Positions 63,408 through 64,000 of a stretch of 64,000 nt of DNA are shown piece by piece. The DNA comes from Lytechinus pictus. Lineage: Eukaryota. Location: positions 9,178,001 through 9,242,000 of the forward strand of contig NC_087249.1 in NCBI RefSeq assembly GCF_037042905.1, given 5' to 3'. Numbering within the stretch: the stretch's first letter is position 1; each line of letters begins with the position of its first letter. The notes beneath the pieces were generated by a model. That model was not told where the DNA came from and ran no database searches. It saw nothing but the letters and a program-made list of their open reading frames with translations. The translations under genes were made by a program, and so were the position numbers.

Positions 63408-64000
63408 CTACTGCATCATCTTCTCCTGCCAAGCCTTGAACTGGGCCCTCCTATAAGATCAGAAGACTGTGTTCTGTGCAGGTCTCCTTCACCAGGATTT
63501 TGTGGAAGCTTTTAAGGGCTCTCTCTGTCATAGTGGCTGTCATCAGGTCAAGGAGTCCCCCTCTCTCAGTCTACGTACTGCATCATCTTTTTTCTGCCAA
63601 GCCTTAAACTATAGGCCCTCCTAAGAAGACTGTGTTCTGTGCAGGTCTCCTTCACCAGAATGTAATGGAAGTTTTCCAGAGGCTCTCTCTGTCATAGTGG
63701 CTGTCATCAGGTTAAAGAATCCCCCTCGCTCAGTCTACTAAATCATCTTCTTCTGTCAAGCCTTGAACTGAGCCGTCCTGAGAAGACTGTGTCCTGTGCA
63801 GATCTCTTTCACCAGGATGTAGTGGAAGCTGCCATCAAGGGCCCTCTCTGTCATATTACCTGTCATCAGATCAAAGAGTCCCCCTCGCTCAGTCTACTGC
63901 ATCATCTTCTTCTGCCAAGCCTTGAACTGAGCCCTCCTAAGAAGACTGTGTTCTGTGCAAGTCTCCTTCACCAGAATGTAATGGAAGTTGTCCAGGGCTC
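63408..64000. repeat. ~160-bp tandem repeat, at least 3.6 diverged copies, running off the window end
   Basis: CATCATCTTC..CTGCCAAGCCTTGAACTG..GAAGACTGTGTTCTGTGCAG recurs near 63414, 63581, 63742 and 63900. Confidence 0.9.

Overview
AT-rich, repeat-dense eukaryotic DNA with no operons, rRNA or CRISPR. The repeat types suggest an invertebrate deuterostome, plausibly a sea urchin (inference). The only long ORF is the intact 1867-aa Gag-Pol of a full-length BEL/Pao LTR retrotransposon (41425-50390, minus strand; two apparently identical 1456-bp LTRs; 5-bp TSD CATTG). This element has no tRNA-type primer-binding site. Instead, the bases next to its 5' LTR are complementary to a site inside its own LTR, suggesting Tf1-like self-priming. 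The rest of the window is a mosaic of non-autonomous elements: a 6.4-kb foldback element with a 6-bp TSD whose left end is tandemly duplicated (2.49 kb), a second 2.76-kb foldback element, two IS3EU-like elements, TTAA (Kolobok-like), hAT-like and Harbinger-like MITEs, Helentron-associated HINE-like elements, tRNA-derived SINEs, a LINE 3' fragment and tandem repeats. A CpG-rich patch at ~51.2-51.5 kb may be the promoter/first exon of a minus-strand host gene, which would make most of the window intronic (low confidence). All alignments were done by eye and no databases were searched.
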